A stretch of DNA of 63,888 bases, counting the filler, from Reclinomonas americana ATCC 50394 (taxonomy: Eukaryota), in assembly GCA_048213135.1 (NCBI GenBank). It is 6 parts of 3 records of this genome, joined end to end, with 100 filler letters (N's around TTAATTAATTAA, not from the genome) between each part and the next. Parts side by side here need not be neighbours in the genome. Positions count along the whole stretch, not along the records: positions 48,661 to 63,888 come from PS015069.1; 5 more parts are not named here. The stretch is one strand, 5' to 3'. The position numbers and the translations under genes are program-made. Positions 63,449-63,888 of this stretch are shown here, piece by piece. Numbering within the stretch: the first letter of the stretch is position 1; every line of letters begins with the position of its first letter. The notes under the pieces are model-generated. The model did no database searches, was not told where the DNA came from, and worked only from the letters and a program-made list of their open reading frames with translations.

Positions 63449-63853
63449 ATGAGCCGTGCGATCCTCCTCGTCGCCGTGTTGTGCGCCCTCATCGTTGCGT
63501 TCTCGTTCTCATACTCTCTTTACCTCCTCTACTTCTGTTTTTGAGAGGAAGGGTTGTTCCGACTGTGCGTGTGTGTGCGTGTTCTTGTCCAGTAAATGCG
63601 CGTGCCCTCTTTTTCTCCTCTTCTGCCACTCACCGCATGTGCCCCACAACCACACAGGTGGCCTCCCAGGCCTTCTCGATCACCAAGGTCAGCGCGACCC
63701 CCATCCGCAACCTCGACATGTTGCGCCATGTTGTGATGTTCAGCAAGCGACTCTCTCTTTTTTTCCTCACCTCTCTCTCCCTCTCTCGCTCTCTCCTCAC
63801 AGCGACCTGTGCCCGACCTGCGTGTCGTTCGCCTCGAGCTCGATCAATGAGTG
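63449..63853 (+). CDS. Second countin-like saposin protein, N-terminal exons (runs off the window)
   Basis: MSRAILLVAVLCALI|VASQAFSITK..NLDI|DLCPTCVSFASSSINE parallels CPLCVNFM..SINE of the 58358-59986 gene. Confidence 0.75.
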
Positions 63854-63888
63854 GTGAGTGGAATGGCGTGTGTGTGTGCATTAAAAAG

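Noticed and set aside
1-63888. Alternative genetic code, tRNA/rRNA genes, transposase or CRISPR arrays
   Set aside because: Reconstructed genes end in TAA, TAG or TGA with no in-frame stops in the exons examined, and no such elements were recognised by eye.

Overview
Eukaryotic, gene-dense, intron-rich genomic DNA from a draft scaffold, probably a flagellated heterotrophic protist (Hydin, CFAP206-like and countin-like genes); the taxon cannot be identified from sequence alone. Most introns are about 65-95 nt GT-AG, and CT/AG/CA microsatellites are common. The scaffold has many N gaps, five artificial N44-TTAATTAATTAA-N44 linkers and at least two small contigs placed in inverted orientation. 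The ORF track is misleading because the genes are spliced, so about 20 genes were reconstructed by hand: a PH-domain/G-alpha fusion, dienelactone hydrolase-like, MFAP1, DUF3592, a HEAT-repeat protein, two MAPEG genes, secreted PPC/EGF/LamG proteins, NADPH oxidase, an ATP-grasp-SET fusion, Hydin, Ku70, CFAP206-like, an SGT-like TPR co-chaperone, DHCR24-like, deoxynucleoside kinase, POLA2, two countin-like genes, a nodulin-like MFS transporter and a small secreted precursor. Three signals stand out. (1) There is an abundant class of 5' splice sites, GTTGCG/GTTTCG, that looks like the usual GTGCG/GTTCG donor shifted by one nucleotide and occurs after exons not ending in G. (2) A PH-G-alpha fusion has substitutions in all GTPase motifs. 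(3) An NADPH oxidase carries an SH3 domain inside its NADPH-binding domain. All family calls come from motif recognition by eye, and exon boundaries are inferred from reading-frame restoration.
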